This document shows positions 51,554 through 63,400 of a DNA stretch of 64,000 bases, piece by piece. The DNA is from an uncultured Nitrospiraceae bacterium. Its GTDB lineage: Bacteria; Nitrospirota; Thermodesulfovibrionia; Thermodesulfovibrionales; Dissulfurispiraceae. Both the position numbers and the translations under genes were made by a program. Each line of letters starts with the position of its first letter. Position 1 is the stretch's first letter. Under the pieces are notes generated by a model. That model had not been told where the DNA came from and made no database searches. It saw nothing but the letters and a program-made list of their open reading frames with translations. The stretch lies in the NCBI GenBank assembly GCA_963727805.1, contig CAVSHF010000003.1, forward strand, positions 1,728,001 to 1,792,000. Reading direction: 5' to 3'.

Positions 51554-51721
51554 TCATCTTGCGCTTTGCAAAATCCCATTGTGTCACAACCTTGCTGTAA
51601 TGGTGTCATGGTCATTGCACGGCCGGCTCCGTTAAACGTGATATACTATCACCAGATGTTAACATGCGAGTGTCGTAAGGACCTAAGAACTTGTTACGGT
51701 AAAAAACAATGACGTTTTTTC

Positions 51722-51952
51722 TCATCATTTCCTGCCTATGCCCTTTGCACATTTAATGAAATCAAGATTGCCTATAAGCTATCTGATACAGTCCTGCTTG
51801 CCCGGTACGGCAATATGATTCACGAGCTGAGAGTTGATGTACATGGCCGAAGACTCGATTGGTCAAGCCTCGAGGATATGTCTCCGGCGCTCTTAAAAGC
51901 CGTTATCCAGTCCGAAGATAAGAGGTTTTATTAACACGGCGGTGTAGACTGG
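51722..51952 (+). pseudogene. pbpC: N-terminal remnant of penicillin-binding protein 1C
   Basis: ...YKLSDTVLLARYGNMIHELRVDVHGRRLDWSSLEDMSPALLKAVIQSEDKRFY*HGGVDW; in-frame stop at 51932, then truncated by the convergent gene. Confidence 0.8.
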
Positions 51953-51968
51953 TTACTGATGGAGATCA

Positions 51969-53186
51969 TTATCTCCTTCTTATCAAATCCCCTTTCCGCG
52001 GGCCAACCGGAGTCTGGATTAGTACGATCTCGCCAGCCCTTGCCGATACAGCATTAATACCGTCTTCGTATCGCAATGCTTCCACCGGGTAGATTTGTTC
52101 TTCAAACCCCGGCGTTATGTACTCAAGTGCCTCACCCAGTGCAAGCCCTATCCGGAGCAGGACTTTCGCGATCGTTCCTTTGGTTTCGAGGATAATGCCC
52201 GCCAGTTCGGCTGCTTGAGCATAATTCTCCCCGGAGAAGTTGTAAAGTCTGTCACTATTGTTCCCGTTCCCCCCTGATAAGAGCAGGCCTGTCGTATATC
52301 CCCTATTGCGGAAGAACGCTAGCTCTCGGTGCCACCGAGGGAGTTTCGAGGAATATCGTTCATGTTCATCGATCAGGTCCACCGCTTCGCGATAAGTCTT
52401 GGTCACGCCCGCCGCATAATGGATTCCCTTCATTCGTCCCTCGATCTTGAAGCTGTCTATTCCAGCGTCTAAGAGAAGTGGCAGATGGTCGATCAGGCAG
52501 AGGTCCTTCGAGTTCATCACATACGTTCCACGGCTATCTTCGAATACAGGTAAATATTCGCCCTGCCTTTTTTCTTCGACAAGGGCATATTTCCACCGGC
52601 ATGAATTTGTGCATTCTCCTGTATTTGCGCTTCTCGATGCCAGGAAGCTGCTGAGATAGCATTTGCCTGAATACGAGAGGCATATCGATCCATGGATAAA
52701 GGTCTCAAGTTCGATGCTGGTGCTTTCGTTAATTTCCTTTATCTCATCAATCGAGAGCTCTCTCGAAAGAATAAGCCTCCGTGCGCCCATTTTCTCCCAG
52801 AAGCAGGCCGCCTCAGCATTGGTGATGTTTGCTTGGGTGGAAACATGAATATCTATTTCAGGCGCCGTTTCCCTGAACAATGTGAAGATACCGGGATCCG
52901 AGATGATAACAGCATCAGGACTTATCTCCCGGAGGAGAGCAACGTGGTCCCTGATGGCAGGCAGATCGGTATTCCGCGCAAAGATATTCACTGTTGTATA
53001 CACCCTGACATTACGTTCATGTGCATACGCTACTGCCGAGGCAAGCTCTTCAGCTTCGAAATTTTTCGCCTTGTTGCGCAGACTGAATCTCGGGTCTCCA
53101 AGATAAACCGCATCGGCCCCATAATGGATGGCTATCCGCATCTTTTCAAAATCACCCGCCGGAGCCAGCAGTTCAGGCCTTTTCAT
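51969..53186 (-). CDS. Peptidase U32 family protein (TrhP-like tRNA hydroxylation)
   Basis: [54 protein letters not shown] overlap with rnhA. Confidence 0.9.
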   Translation of the reverse strand: MKRPELLAPAGDFEKMRIAIHYGADAVYLGDPRFSLRNKAKNFEAEELASAVAYAHERNVRVYTTVNIFARNTDLPAIRDHVALLREISPDAVIISDPGIFTLFRETAPEIDIHVSTQANITNAEAACFWEKMGARRLILSRELSIDEIKEINESTSIELETFIHGSICLSYSGKCYLSSFLASRSANTGECTNSCRWKYALVEEKRQGEYLPVFEDSRGTYVMNSKDLCLIDHLPLLLDAGIDSFKIEGRMKGIHYAAGVTKTYREAVDLIDEHERYSSKLPRWHRELAFFRNRGYTTGLLLSGGNGNNSDRLYNFSGENYAQAAELAGIILETKGTIAKVLLRIGLALGEALEYITPGFEEQIYPVEALRYEDGINAVSARAGEIVLIQTPVGPRKGDLIRRR

Positions 53187-53647
53187 CGAGCCGCTTCTCT
53201 TCGGCATCTATCTATTTCGAGCCGCGCAATCTCATCGCATCTTTCATTTTCAAGATGCCCATTGTGACCCTTTATCCAAACCCATTCAATGTCATGCCCT
53301 TTCGCTGCCTTGAGAAGCCGCTCCCAGAGGTCTTTGTTCAGGACTTCCTTCTTCTGAGAGTTGCGCCAGTTGTTTCTGATCCAGCTATGAATCCACTCAG
53401 ACATTCCCTTCACGATATAATTCGAATCTGTAATCACCCTGACCCTACATGGCTTTTTGAGGGCTTCGAGCGCAGAGATGACGCCCATAAGCTCCATGCG
53501 ATTATTCGTCGTCAATAGCTCGCAGCCGGAGATCTCCTTATTTTTGTCCCCGGATCGCATGATAGCACCGAAGCCTCCGGGGCCTGGATTACCACTGCAC
53601 GCACCATCGGCATAAATCTCGACAAATATTTTCTTGGCTGTTTGCAT
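53183..53647 (-). CDS. rnhA: Ribonuclease HI
   Basis: [40 protein letters not shown]. Confidence 0.97.
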   Translation of the reverse strand: MQTAKKIFVEIYADGACSGNPGPGGFGAIMRSGDKNKEISGCELLTTNNRMELMGVISALEALKKPCRVRVITDSNYIVKGMSEWIHSWIRNNWRNSQKKEVLNKDLWERLLKAAKGHDIEWVWIKGHNGHLENERCDEIARLEIDRCRREAAR

Positions 53648-53754
53648 AATTATCTATATTACAAGGAAGTATATAGCATTGGAAAGATAAAAAGGGAAAT
53701 GAAAAGCGAGTGCTTCTCGGTTATAGAATGGCAACCGAGCGGAGAAACTAATGA

Positions 53755-54145
53755 TTATTTAGCGAGTGCAACGTGCCAAACACCGACGAGGCCGTTGCCA
53801 AAGGTATCGCCGGGTTTCTTCACTTTGGTGAAATAATAAAGAGGGATTCCCTTGTGTGTCGTCTGCTTTGTCTCGTTAGCTCGTTGAATGATTTCAAAGT
53901 TCTTTGTATCAAGTCTGGGAGCAGCAGTGACCTTTTTAACGCAATTTAGCAGGCCACTTTTCGACACAACAGCTATCGGAGCATATGCTCATATCGGCAC
54001 AGACGTTCTTGAAGAGGTAGAGGGCCATCCCATTGCCGTCGACATAACTGTGCCGGACGCTTGTCCGAGAATGACTCCCGACACTTGTACAGAGATAAGA
54101 ATGCTCAGGACGATGATAAGCAGGCAAGGCGTCTTCCCCCGTCAA
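53755..54145 (-). pseudogene. Frameshifted COG4315-type secreted repeat lipoprotein
   Basis: VDGNGMALYLF...CSDSCCVEKWP in one frame continues as R...KQTTHKGIPLYYF...KPGDTFGNG..GVWHV in another. Confidence 0.7.
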
Positions 54146-54249
54146 AGATTTTGATTAGAAGAAATAGGCTTGCACTTGCAAGAGGCCATTCCAGCTATGA
54201 ATTCCTTCATCATCCTCGCATCGCCAGCATAGGCATTTATCGTATAATT

Positions 54250-56622
54250 TTAGTAATTGAGTGTAACAATCGTCACGCCTTTCCCTCCTTCATACTGTTC
54301 GCCGCTCCGAAAGCCAGTCACGAGCGGATGGCCCTGAAGGTGTTCACTGACTGCCTTCATGAGGATCCCTGCCCCGATCCCATGGATGACGATCACCTCC
54401 TGAAGCCCGGCGAGTACTGCAAGGTTCAGAAAAGGTTCGAGCCGCGACAGGGCATCATCGACGCGAAGCCCGATAATATTAATGCTCGATGACGCACTCC
54501 CAACGGTTGATTGCTTGCGTTCGATTCCTGGCTTACCAGAGGCAGAAGTCTTTCCCTTTCTTTTCCTAATGCTTGAAAAAGGGACCTCGACCTCAACACT
54601 CCCATAATTCACGCGGACTCTTTCATGACGCCGGTCGATGTCAACTACCTGCGCGTCGACGTCTATGGATTTGACATAGACACAGTCTCCTCTTTGAAGC
54701 ATCCCTAAAGAAAGGACTTCCGCATCTGCAGGAACCTGCGATGCAAGCGCGTCATCGATCTCCTTCTTCTTTGTGCCGACGATTTTCAGTGATTCCCTGA
54801 TTTTTTCCTTTTCCGCTTTTTTCGCGGCTTCGAGAAGACCATACAACTCCCGTTTGACCGAGCCGGCCAAATCCGAGGCGTCGCGGTATGCCTTTGCCAT
54901 CATTGCTTCATGCTCGCGTTGTGTCGTTACTGTCAGCTCGTCAAGGAGTCTTCTTTTTTCTCTAAACTCGGCCTTCTGATTCTCTATTTCGCTAATCGCG
55001 TTTTCGTAGTATGCTCTTTTGTCGGTGAGGTCCCTGATTAGATTGTCAAACTCCACCTTTACGCCACCGAGTAACGCCTTTGCGGAATCGACGACGCTAT
55101 CCGGAAGTCCGTATCTCCGGGCGATTTCAATGGCATGGGACTGCCCCGGTTCTCCTATCCGTAACCGGTAGAGGGGCGTCAGCGTATTCTGATCGAATTC
55201 CATCGATGCATTGAGCATCCCAGGAGTCCTGTGGACAAACCCCTTTATATCCATAAGATGGGTCGTTGCAAAGAGAAGCACCCCTCTATCCTTCATCTCT
55301 TTCAGCACTGCGCACGAGAGGGCTGCCCCTTCTGCGGGGTCCGTGCCGGTGCCAAGTTCGTCAAGCAGCACGATGGTCTCTGAATCCGCCTTTTTCAATA
55401 TCTCAGCTATGTGCGCAATATGAGCCGAAAAAGTTGACAGGTCGTTCTCGATAGACTGCTCGTCTCCGATGTCGATAAGAAGGCTGTTCACCAGTGGAAA
55501 GCTCGATGACGAATCGGCAGGCACCGGCATTCCGGTCAGGGCCATGAGCGTCAGGAGTCCAATTGTTTTGATGCTGATGGTCTTACCGCCAGCATTGGAC
55601 CCCGTAATAATCATGACCGTATTGTCGCCCCCGAGCTGGACAGTAAGGGGGATCACCTGTCTGCTCGCCCCGTGTTTCTGAAAAGTAAGGGAGAGGAGCG
55701 GGTGTCGACCGTTAACAAGATTGATGAAGCCGGTATTGTTGATCGCCGGGATCTCCATCTTAAGGAGTGCGGCAAAGCATGCTACACTGTTGAGTACATC
55801 CACGTACACAAGGGTTTCAAACTGACTCTCGATATCTTCGAGACGTTCCCTTATTCTTGAGGAAATACTCCTCAGAATGCGAATCTCCTCGGCCCTCTCC
55901 TCAGCACCGAGATTTTCGAGTTCATTGGACAGGCCGATGATCGCAACAGGTTCGACAAAGGCGGTCTCTCCCGATTTTGAGACATCGTGGACCACGCCTG
56001 ACACCTGCCCCTTCGAGTCCATCCTTACCGGGATGACCCATCTACCCGACCTTGTGGTAACGAAATCGTCTTGTAAAAAGATCGCGACCTCTTCGCTCCT
56101 CGTCATGTCTTCGAGCTTTTTCCTGATCCTTGCCTCGAGCCGCCCTATCTCTTTGCGGACCGCAGCAAGAACGGTCGACGCGGTATCAAGGATATTCCCC
56201 TGGCTGTCGACCGATTTTTTAAGAATTTTCAGAAGTTCGGGGAATCCAGTAAGCCCTTCCGTAAGTTGCCGCAGAGAAGGGATGTCATCTCTGGCACTCA
56301 ATTGTTGGAAGATATCGTCGATAATATCGAGGACCGGTATAACCCCGGCAAGTTCGACTGCTTCGAGGACAGCGCCTTCGGGTCGCGCCTTGGCAAAAAG
56401 ACCGCTGATGTCGGGATATGTCGACAGAGGGAGGGACATCCCCAGAGAGGACATCCTGAGTATGTCCCCTATCTGACCCTGTCTCTGCTCGATCTCTTGC
56501 TGGTCTGAAAAAGGGCCGAGATCCGCCACTGCAGCTTCGGAGGCGCCGCTGTTGGCGAAACCGGCTATCGTCCTCAGGAGCTTATCGAACTCGAGTAGAG
56601 AGAGCGTATGAGGTGACGTCAT
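54250..56622 (-). CDS. mutS2: Endonuclease MutS2
   Basis: LEFDK, VHDVSKSGETAFVEP, ITGSNAGGKT, DIGDEQS, DELGTGTDP, TTH; C-terminal Smr domain (IHGIGAG...GGKGVT). Confidence 0.95.
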   Translation of the reverse strand: MTSPHTLSLLEFDKLLRTIAGFANSGASEAAVADLGPFSDQQEIEQRQGQIGDILRMSSLGMSLPLSTYPDISGLFAKARPEGAVLEAVELAGVIPVLDIIDDIFQQLSARDDIPSLRQLTEGLTGFPELLKILKKSVDSQGNILDTASTVLAAVRKEIGRLEARIRKKLEDMTRSEEVAIFLQDDFVTTRSGRWVIPVRMDSKGQVSGVVHDVSKSGETAFVEPVAIIGLSNELENLGAEERAEEIRILRSISSRIRERLEDIESQFETLVYVDVLNSVACFAALLKMEIPAINNTGFINLVNGRHPLLSLTFQKHGASRQVIPLTVQLGGDNTVMIITGSNAGGKTISIKTIGLLTLMALTGMPVPADSSSSFPLVNSLLIDIGDEQSIENDLSTFSAHIAHIAEILKKADSETIVLLDELGTGTDPAEGAALSCAVLKEMKDRGVLLFATTHLMDIKGFVHRTPGMLNASMEFDQNTLTPLYRLRIGEPGQSHAIEIARRYGLPDSVVDSAKALLGGVKVEFDNLIRDLTDKRAYYENAISEIENQKAEFREKRRLLDELTVTTQREHEAMMAKAYRDASDLAGSVKRELYGLLEAAKKAEKEKIRESLKIVGTKKKEIDDALASQVPADAEVLSLGMLQRGDCVYVKSIDVDAQVVDIDRRHERVRVNYGSVEVEVPFSSIRKRKGKTSASGKPGIERKQSTVGSASSSINIIGLRVDDALSRLEPFLNLAVLAGLQEVIVIHGIGAGILMKAVSEHLQGHPLVTGFRSGEQYEGGKGVTIVTLNY

Positions 56623-56640
56623 CGGACTGCTTCAGGACGT

Positions 56641-56985
56641 CTATAACCCAATCGCCTCCATGATCCGACCCTTCTGTTTCTCGAGGGCCTTCTGTCCCTG
56701 GTCAAGAGTTTTGATGATCTCTTTCTTGGCCGCGCCTGAAAGCTCGACCCCCCTGTCGATAATCTCTGTCACCCTGTCTTTGGTCTCATCGACAAAATCA
56801 TCGACTCTGTCAATTGTGTCTTCGACGAGATCCACAGCCTCGTTCTTTACGCGCCGTGCCGTCCGTTTGATGTCCTTTCTCGTCTCGTGCCCTGACTGTG
56901 GAGCATAAAGAAGTGCAATGGCCGCGCCGATGGCGCCACCTATCAAAAATGCCGTGCCTACTTTAACAACATCTTCATTTCTCAT
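56641..56985 (-). CDS. YtxH-domain protein
   Basis: FLIGGAIGAAIALLYAPQSGHETR followed by a coiled coil. Confidence 0.9.
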   Translation of the reverse strand: MRNEDVVKVGTAFLIGGAIGAAIALLYAPQSGHETRKDIKRTARRVKNEAVDLVEDTIDRVDDFVDETKDRVTEIIDRGVELSGAAKKEIIKTLDQGQKALEKQKGRIMEAIGL

Positions 56986-57185
56986 GAGAGTCCTCCTCGG
57001 TGAAAATTATTTGGTCTGATTGCATTCAGTTTATCAATATTTAGCTCGAAATACTATGAGTGATGCACTTATAGATCTCGCTTGTTTCAATAAATTAATT
57101 GTCCAGAATTAACCGCCTCTCGTCTATATATCTTCCTTTTTTGTGACTCGGATCACCTGAGGCATTATTATTTCACGCTATAGTT

Positions 57186-57263
57186 GAAGCAGGAACCCCT
57201 TCCTTCATTCTTTGTGGCAGTCATCACCGACGATTAGGTGCTGCCTGCCACAGATTTCTTTTT
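57186..57263 (+). ncRNA. Candidate small RNA (two hairpins plus U-tail)
   Basis: TATAGT -10-like box at 57179; GAAG..GGAA-CCCC-TTCCTTC hairpin; TGTGGCAG...CTGCCACA stem; T-rich tail. Confidence 0.35.
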
Positions 57264-57342
57264 CTCCTCCGCCCTCTATTTTGTGCCATAAGCTGATATA
57301 ATGATAAAGGATTGGATCATCAAAGAAGTAGGGGGGGGTATT

Positions 57343-57558
57343 GTGAAGGGGTTGATGAAATTACTTGTATTGCTCATCGTCGTCTTTTTCGTCTCTTCGT
57401 TGTTCAAGGGTGGTGACTATCTCAGATCAATCGGCCACTTGACAGGGATCAACGTGCACTCCATAGCAGATGTAGCTGACACCTTGAGGATCGAAAGATT
57501 CATGGCCGAAAAGAAACGAACTCAAGGAGAAAAAGAAAAAGGGATTATCGGGAACTGA
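57343..57558 (+). CDS. Small single-TM hypothetical protein
   Basis: GTG/ATG after a G-rich RBS; LLVLLIVVFFVSSLF hydrophobic stretch. Confidence 0.5.
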   Translation: MKGLMKLLVLLIVVFFVSSLFKGGDYLRSIGHLTGINVHSIADVADTLRIERFMAEKKRTQGEKEKGIIGN

Positions 57559-57600
57559 CACAGGGTCAACCCTTTTGAGAAAACTCCTCTTGATGTAAGC

Positions 57601-58424
57601 TCAGAAATTCACTTCGATGGTAATTCTCAGTACCCCGTTCCGCGACAAAAAAGTTCCAATGCCGAGAGTCGATGTGCCATCCCGTTGTCCTTCGGAATGG
57701 ATCAGCACATCATAGTCCTTGATCTCTCCTCTCGGGGAAATGCTAACAGCTTTGGTGCGGCAGGTCCGAGCATCTCGATAGGAATACAACTCATATGAAT
57801 GTCTGTATTGGAGATGTTGGAGAACTCAAGTTCAGCCCTTGCCTCGATGCCGATATTATTGAACTGCGGCCTTACGTGAATCGAATATGGACTAATCACA
57901 TAGGTGCAGTTATCACAATCTACCACGGTTACCATAAGGCACCTGACGCCATCCATTATGATATCGCTGAACAGATGTTAGTGCGCGGCAAAAAAGCTTT
58001 TACTTTATGTCTGACGAATAAATTGTGCAACGCGTCCCTGCCTGCCTTATCCTTAAAGATTTTCTCTTTGACAGATCGGGATCGATCTTTGAGAATAGCG
58101 GCCTATGCAGAAAGATGAATATGTTGCGCTTTCACGTTAAGCATCGAGATCCTTTTCAAGCCACTTGAGCTGTTCGCCCGAGATGATTCACTGCCTCCCT
58201 TTCTATTCCGTATCGAGGGCCACAAAGTGAGAAACTCTGAAATCAAAGGCCCCATACACGTTGCCGGAACTGTGTTTCGCGTGGTTATCTTGCTCCCGGT
58301 CACCAGTTGCCTCATGGTTGCCGATAACATGGGGAAAAGGCGCAGCGAGAGGTGCTATGGTGTTCAGAAAGTAATCGACCTCGTTCTTGACCGTCTGAAA
58401 CGAACCCGTAACCATGATAGACAT
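57601..58424 (-). pseudogene. Decayed metallophosphoesterase gene
   Basis: Across shifted frames: VIGNHE, YGAFDF..SHFVALDTE*, IFIFLHRPLFS, DALHNLFVRHKVKAF, AH*HLF, DGVR. Motif order is that of calcineurin-like phosphoesterases, broken by stops and frameshifts. Confidence 0.7.
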
Positions 58425-58666
58425 CTCCCAAACTCACGTCAAATGGAGGGTCGATCATAGACATCTCGTCCAGTATCCGCTAGTACGGAGACGAATATGG
58501 CATATCCCTTCGTGAAGGCTTGAAATTGCCACAGGCGCCAAAGGTGAACTCAGGGCTATGGTTGTTCAAGCACCAAGGAACTATTCAGATATTTACGGCC
58601 TGTCCGTTGCAGCTTCAGCGGGGTTCATGAAAACAATTATGCACGAAAGGACACTAATGATATTTT

Positions 58667-59173
58667 TCAAATTATACAAATACCTTTATTTTGACAGTTA
58701 TCTTCTCTTATTCGCAGTTCAAGTCTCGTCTTTTTCCTCATCATAGCCTCCTGAAATCTCCTTTTTTCTGCTTCGGTTTCGGGAATGAGTCCAGGCACCT
58801 CTTTTGGTCTCCCTTTGTCGTCGAGGGCCACGAAGGTCAGGTACGCGGAAGCCGTATGACAGACTTCACCGGTAAGGTAATTTTCGGCCTCAACACGCAC
58901 GCCCACTTCCATCGATGATTTTCCAACCATGTTGAGGCAGGCTTTCAGAAAAAGTACGTCCCCCACAAAGACAGGGTGGTGAAATACCAAGCGGTCGATA
59001 GAGGCGGTTACAGTGTTGCAACGCGCGTGCCGGCTTGCAACCACGGCAGCGGCGGTATCAATAAGCTTCATTATTACACCGCCATGTACGTTACCGGCGG
59101 GATTCGTATCCTGAGGAAGCATCACCTGAGCTATTGTGATACTTGTGTCTTTGACTGCTTTTTCTGTCATCAT
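58667..59173 (-). CDS. Acyl-CoA thioesterase (hotdog fold, YciA-like)
   Basis: PQDTNPAGNVHGG, VTASID, SSMEVGV, YLTFVALD. Confidence 0.93.
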   Translation of the reverse strand: MMTEKAVKDTSITIAQVMLPQDTNPAGNVHGGVIMKLIDTAAAVVASRHARCNTVTASIDRLVFHHPVFVGDVLFLKACLNMVGKSSMEVGVRVEAENYLTGEVCHTASAYLTFVALDDKGRPKEVPGLIPETEAEKRRFQEAMMRKKTRLELRIREDNCQNKGICII

Positions 59174-59732
59174 GAGCCTCCATGGGTTTTATAGCTTTCG
59201 CAGGTATGTCGTTGTAAACACGTTCATGCCGAGTGAACCGGCGTTAGCAAATCCCTTTGTGCAATATCAGCATGCCGATAAACGCCTAATCTGCACAATT
59301 ATATCATGTTTTAGCCGGTAGACTTCAGAAAAGACCGTCGCCGCATGATCCGGAATATCGCAGACAGCTGTCTCCCCATCTACATAGACATTTCAAAGAA
59401 AACGATCGATTTTGTTATACCGCGGTAAAAACTGTAGCACGGTTAACTTCCTTCTACCATTAACACCGATATTCATCGGTGCACCATCATTAAAGACTTT
59501 GCGAGGATGTGAGCTCCAAGAGATCATATTAAGCGCCAGAGCATTATAAACTGACTTGTCAGAACCCAATGCAGACAAGGTCGGCAGAGGCCAGGTGCAC
59601 GCTAACACGATGTCCAGCATCAGCCCACAGCTAGATATTATGGAGCGTCTGCTTATGGCGTTCATCTGGACACTCGTCAAGAACGGTAAGCAGAACCATG
59701 ATGTCACCACTGTCTTGAAGCAATGAAGCAAA

Positions 59733-60479
59733 TTATCCCTCCCTGCTTTTATCTTCGATCAGCTTCTGCGCGACAATTAAAAGGTTTCGGGCATCATCAA
59801 CAATCCACTGCTCGGGCAACAGGCCGCTTGCATGGACCTTCGCGCTAGTGAAGTCGCTTGTAGATGCGATGCACGACATCCCGGCAGCGACTGCGGCCTT
59901 GACCCCCGAAGCAGAGTCTTCGATTGCAAGACATTCTCTGGGTAAGACCGCCAACTCCTTCGCAACCAGCAAATATATTTCAGGGTCCGGCTTGGCATGT
60001 TCTACATCATCTGCTGTCGCCACGAAATCAAACTGTTTCAATAGGGTTAGGATACGAAGTACGCGAGTCGTGGCGGCACAGCTAGAGGTTGTCGCCAACC
60101 CGATCATATATTCATGCTGTTTTGCCCACCGGAGCAGACGGACATTGTGGGGACAGAGATAGCGGGGCAGGATTGAGGGATCAGCGAGTAAAGCTTCGTA
60201 TTTGCCAAGGCGCACTTGCACAAAGGCCTGCCACGGCTTCTCTACATTAAACTCCGCCATTAGTCTCCGCGATGGTTCTTCGAGATCGAATTGTTTAAGA
60301 AGCCGCTCAGCGACCTCCTGACGGGAGCGCCCTGCCATCTGTTTGAAGGCCTCGATTACTGCTTCCTCAGGAAACTTGTCAGGCCGGAGCGCGACCCCTG
60401 CCCGGGCATAGGAGATTGCTTTCAGAATCTCTGTCTGGACAAGCGTTCCGTCAAGATCGAAGATGATTGCACGGATCAT
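59733..60479 (-). CDS. HAD-family phosphatase (beta-PGM-like)
   Basis: FDLDGTLVQTE, ATTS, KPDPEIY, IEDSASG. Confidence 0.9.
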   Translation of the reverse strand: MIRAIIFDLDGTLVQTEILKAISYARAGVALRPDKFPEEAVIEAFKQMAGRSRQEVAERLLKQFDLEEPSRRLMAEFNVEKPWQAFVQVRLGKYEALLADPSILPRYLCPHNVRLLRWAKQHEYMIGLATTSSCAATTRVLRILTLLKQFDFVATADDVEHAKPDPEIYLLVAKELAVLPRECLAIEDSASGVKAAVAAGMSCIASTSDFTSAKVHASGLLPEQWIVDDARNLLIVAQKLIEDKSREG

Positions 60480-60492
60480 TCGTTTTCCTCCA

Positions 60493-63400
60493 TCACTTGT
60501 ACTTGTTTAATGCCGTCACTTCGTCGTACCGGTTATTCCGCAGTGCGGCGGCACAAACACCCGAATAAACAAGCCCCGTTGATCCATCGATACTGATCTC
60601 CGCGCCTTCGTGGATTTCGACGCCTCCGATGACTGCGTACAGGACGTTACCGGTACCGGTTCGAATACTCATATCGGAGCAGCCGACGACCGCAGTAAGC
60701 GAGAATTTCTGCGAGAGAATGGCAGCGTGCGACGTTGCCCCACCAATAGAAGTGACGATCCCGCTTATGCTCGGCATAACGGCAACATCGTCGGTGTCTG
60801 TCTCTTTCCTGAGGAGAATGATTGGCCTTTTCTCATGCGACATCAGCTTCCCAATATCTTCCGGTGAGGCCGAAAAACAAGCTACCCCGCTGAGCGCTCC
60901 GCCATAGACCCCAATGCCGCGCCCGATGACTGATGATTCCATTTTGCAGGACTCCTGAAATTTCTCGGCAGGTCCTCTCCTAAATTCCATCCGCTTGGTC
61001 TGTACGATGTAGATCTGCCTTTTGTCACCCACGGTGACGTATGCTGATTCAACCTCCTGAGGAAGGCCTCCCATCGCATCTTCCACTTTTTCAGCGGTTT
61101 TACAAAACAAACGATAAAGTTGCGGATCCAACTTTTCGAGACTGTCCCCATTGTTGGTCTGAGATTGTGCGAGCGGACGGTTGATGAAGTGGCCATATAC
61201 CAGGTCGTCGCCGGTGGCGGTCTCGCGCACTTCACCAAATATACCCTTTTCAAACGAGACCGGAACTCGCGTAAAGAAGACAGCGGCACCGGAACCCTTA
61301 CGGTTACCATAGACCATGCTCATGAGGGTGACTGCAGTGCCCCATCGATCCGAAACCGCCATGGCCTTCCGAAATTGGAGGGCACGGTCGCAGTTCCATG
61401 ACTGATAGATAGCCTTCATAGAGAGTCTCAGTTGCTCATAAGGATCATCCGGTATCTTCCGCCCGACATTACTCAGCCTGGTGAGGTATTGCGCAACTAT
61501 CGCCTCCAGGCCGGTCGTATCAAGTCTTCGCATGTCATCCTCATGATAACGCTCCAAGATCACCCTACGTTCCTGCTCGAAAACGTCTGACGGCACATCC
61601 AGCACTATTTCAGCGTAGTGCTCAATGAATCTGCGGTACGAATCATACGCAAGCCACGTGTCGCCAGTCGCATCCACGAATCCCGCGATTGTTTCGTGGT
61701 TCATCCCACAGTAGAGGATGGACGAGAGTATGCCGGGCATGGAGAGATATGAGCCGCTCCTGACTGCAAGAAAGAGCGGATTCTTCGCGCTTCCGAATGT
61801 GCGGCCAGTGGAATGTTCGATCATTGCAACCGCTTCGCGGATGGCATGGCCGATGTTATTGCCTGACATGACTTCTTCGTGTGTGCTAGTGATGCTTGAG
61901 GGGAACACCGTGGCCGGTGGCACCAGCAGGCCCTTTTCCTTGAGATACACCAGGTTCTTTGCCTTGCTGCCTAGCATCGGCGCCCAGGCAGCTGCTTCTG
62001 CAGGCGAAAGTCCATGCAGAGTGAACCATTGTTTTTCCGGCTGTGCAGGCATTAAGCAGGGAATAATAACATCGTTGCCAGATTCAACGAATAGAGAAAG
62101 CTTCTTGATACAACTGTTCAGAAGCCGATCGAGCTCTTCGAACCCGGCGATGCTGTTGATTATGTCCCGGCTTGTGATATCGATGGCCCTGTCGATAAAG
62201 CTCTTATCGCGACTCTCCAGTCTCCGCAGAAAGTCGGGCATGTCGGCGTGAGGGTATCTGCCGAGCAATTCAGTTAACGCTCTGAGAAAAGCCCTATGGA
62301 AGACTTCGACCATCCACGTAAGTTCCCGTTGCCACACCTTTAGGAGGTCTTTGATCTGGGCAAGCGAAAGACTGTTCCACTTCATAATGGTGAGCACTTC
62401 TGAGATTCGAGGATTATCGAGGTCATGCAGAGCAAACAGGGCATGGGCCTGCTCAAGAGTATCGAACCAGCTGCGGACAGTGCTGATATCGACCTCGGGC
62501 CCACAGCTTTCGACCGCAGCAATCGTCTCTTCAAGGAAGATGCGTATCTGCTCTTCGAGCCTGAGGGCCTCTGCCAAGGCATCGAACTTAGTCTCATGGT
62601 ACGAACCTATGACCGAAGGGATGCCGAAGGCAATATGGCGTTTATAGTAGAGGGATTCCTGCGCTTCCGTTTTCTCGAGTGAGGTGTAGACTGTCTTCAG
62701 ACGTCCAAGCTGTTCAACGATCTTTGCAGAGTCGCTTGCAGTGCGTGGCATGCCCATCAGTGCATATTTCAAGCTGACCTGATAATACAGACTGCGAAGG
62801 AGGATGATCTTCCTGCGGATCTCCTGCGGCGCATCGATAGATTCGACAACACGATCGAATACGACGTCGGATATAGTCCGCAGCTTGTCGAAGCGTATTG
62901 TTGTTTTTTCAAGGAGGCTTAATGACGTAAAAATCTGATGCAGTGCCGATGAATAACGGGCGATCTGTTCCCGGTCCATGGCGGCAAGAATCTCTTCAGG
63001 GACATATCCTTCCAGGCATGAGACATCGTTCAATAGCCATGCGCGAATAATCTGTTCTATCAGAGTGATATTGCTGTTGCTGGCATTGACATGTATCTGC
63101 TTTCTCAGGAAATATAAAACGCTGTCATTACCCCACGAATCGATATCGGAGGAGAGATCGCGAATCATGCCAGATGCGCCCACGTCGTTGAAATAGCACG
63201 GCAGCCGCTTCAGGAGCAGATAGTGATAGAGAAAATGTGTTCTCAAAGCTCCGGAGTTCAGATATGCTGATATGTCACGCTGGAAGATGCGGTCATCGGG
63301 TATCCAGACGCCGCTGACAGCGAGATTACAGATCAGGTGCACAAGGATGTCAATGCACTTCTCCGGAGCTGCAGCGATAATTGCCATAAAGGCGGATATC

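Noticed and set aside
59393..59731. 112-aa ORF with IVLACT (racemase-like word)
   Set aside because: No other racemase motifs; likely spurious.
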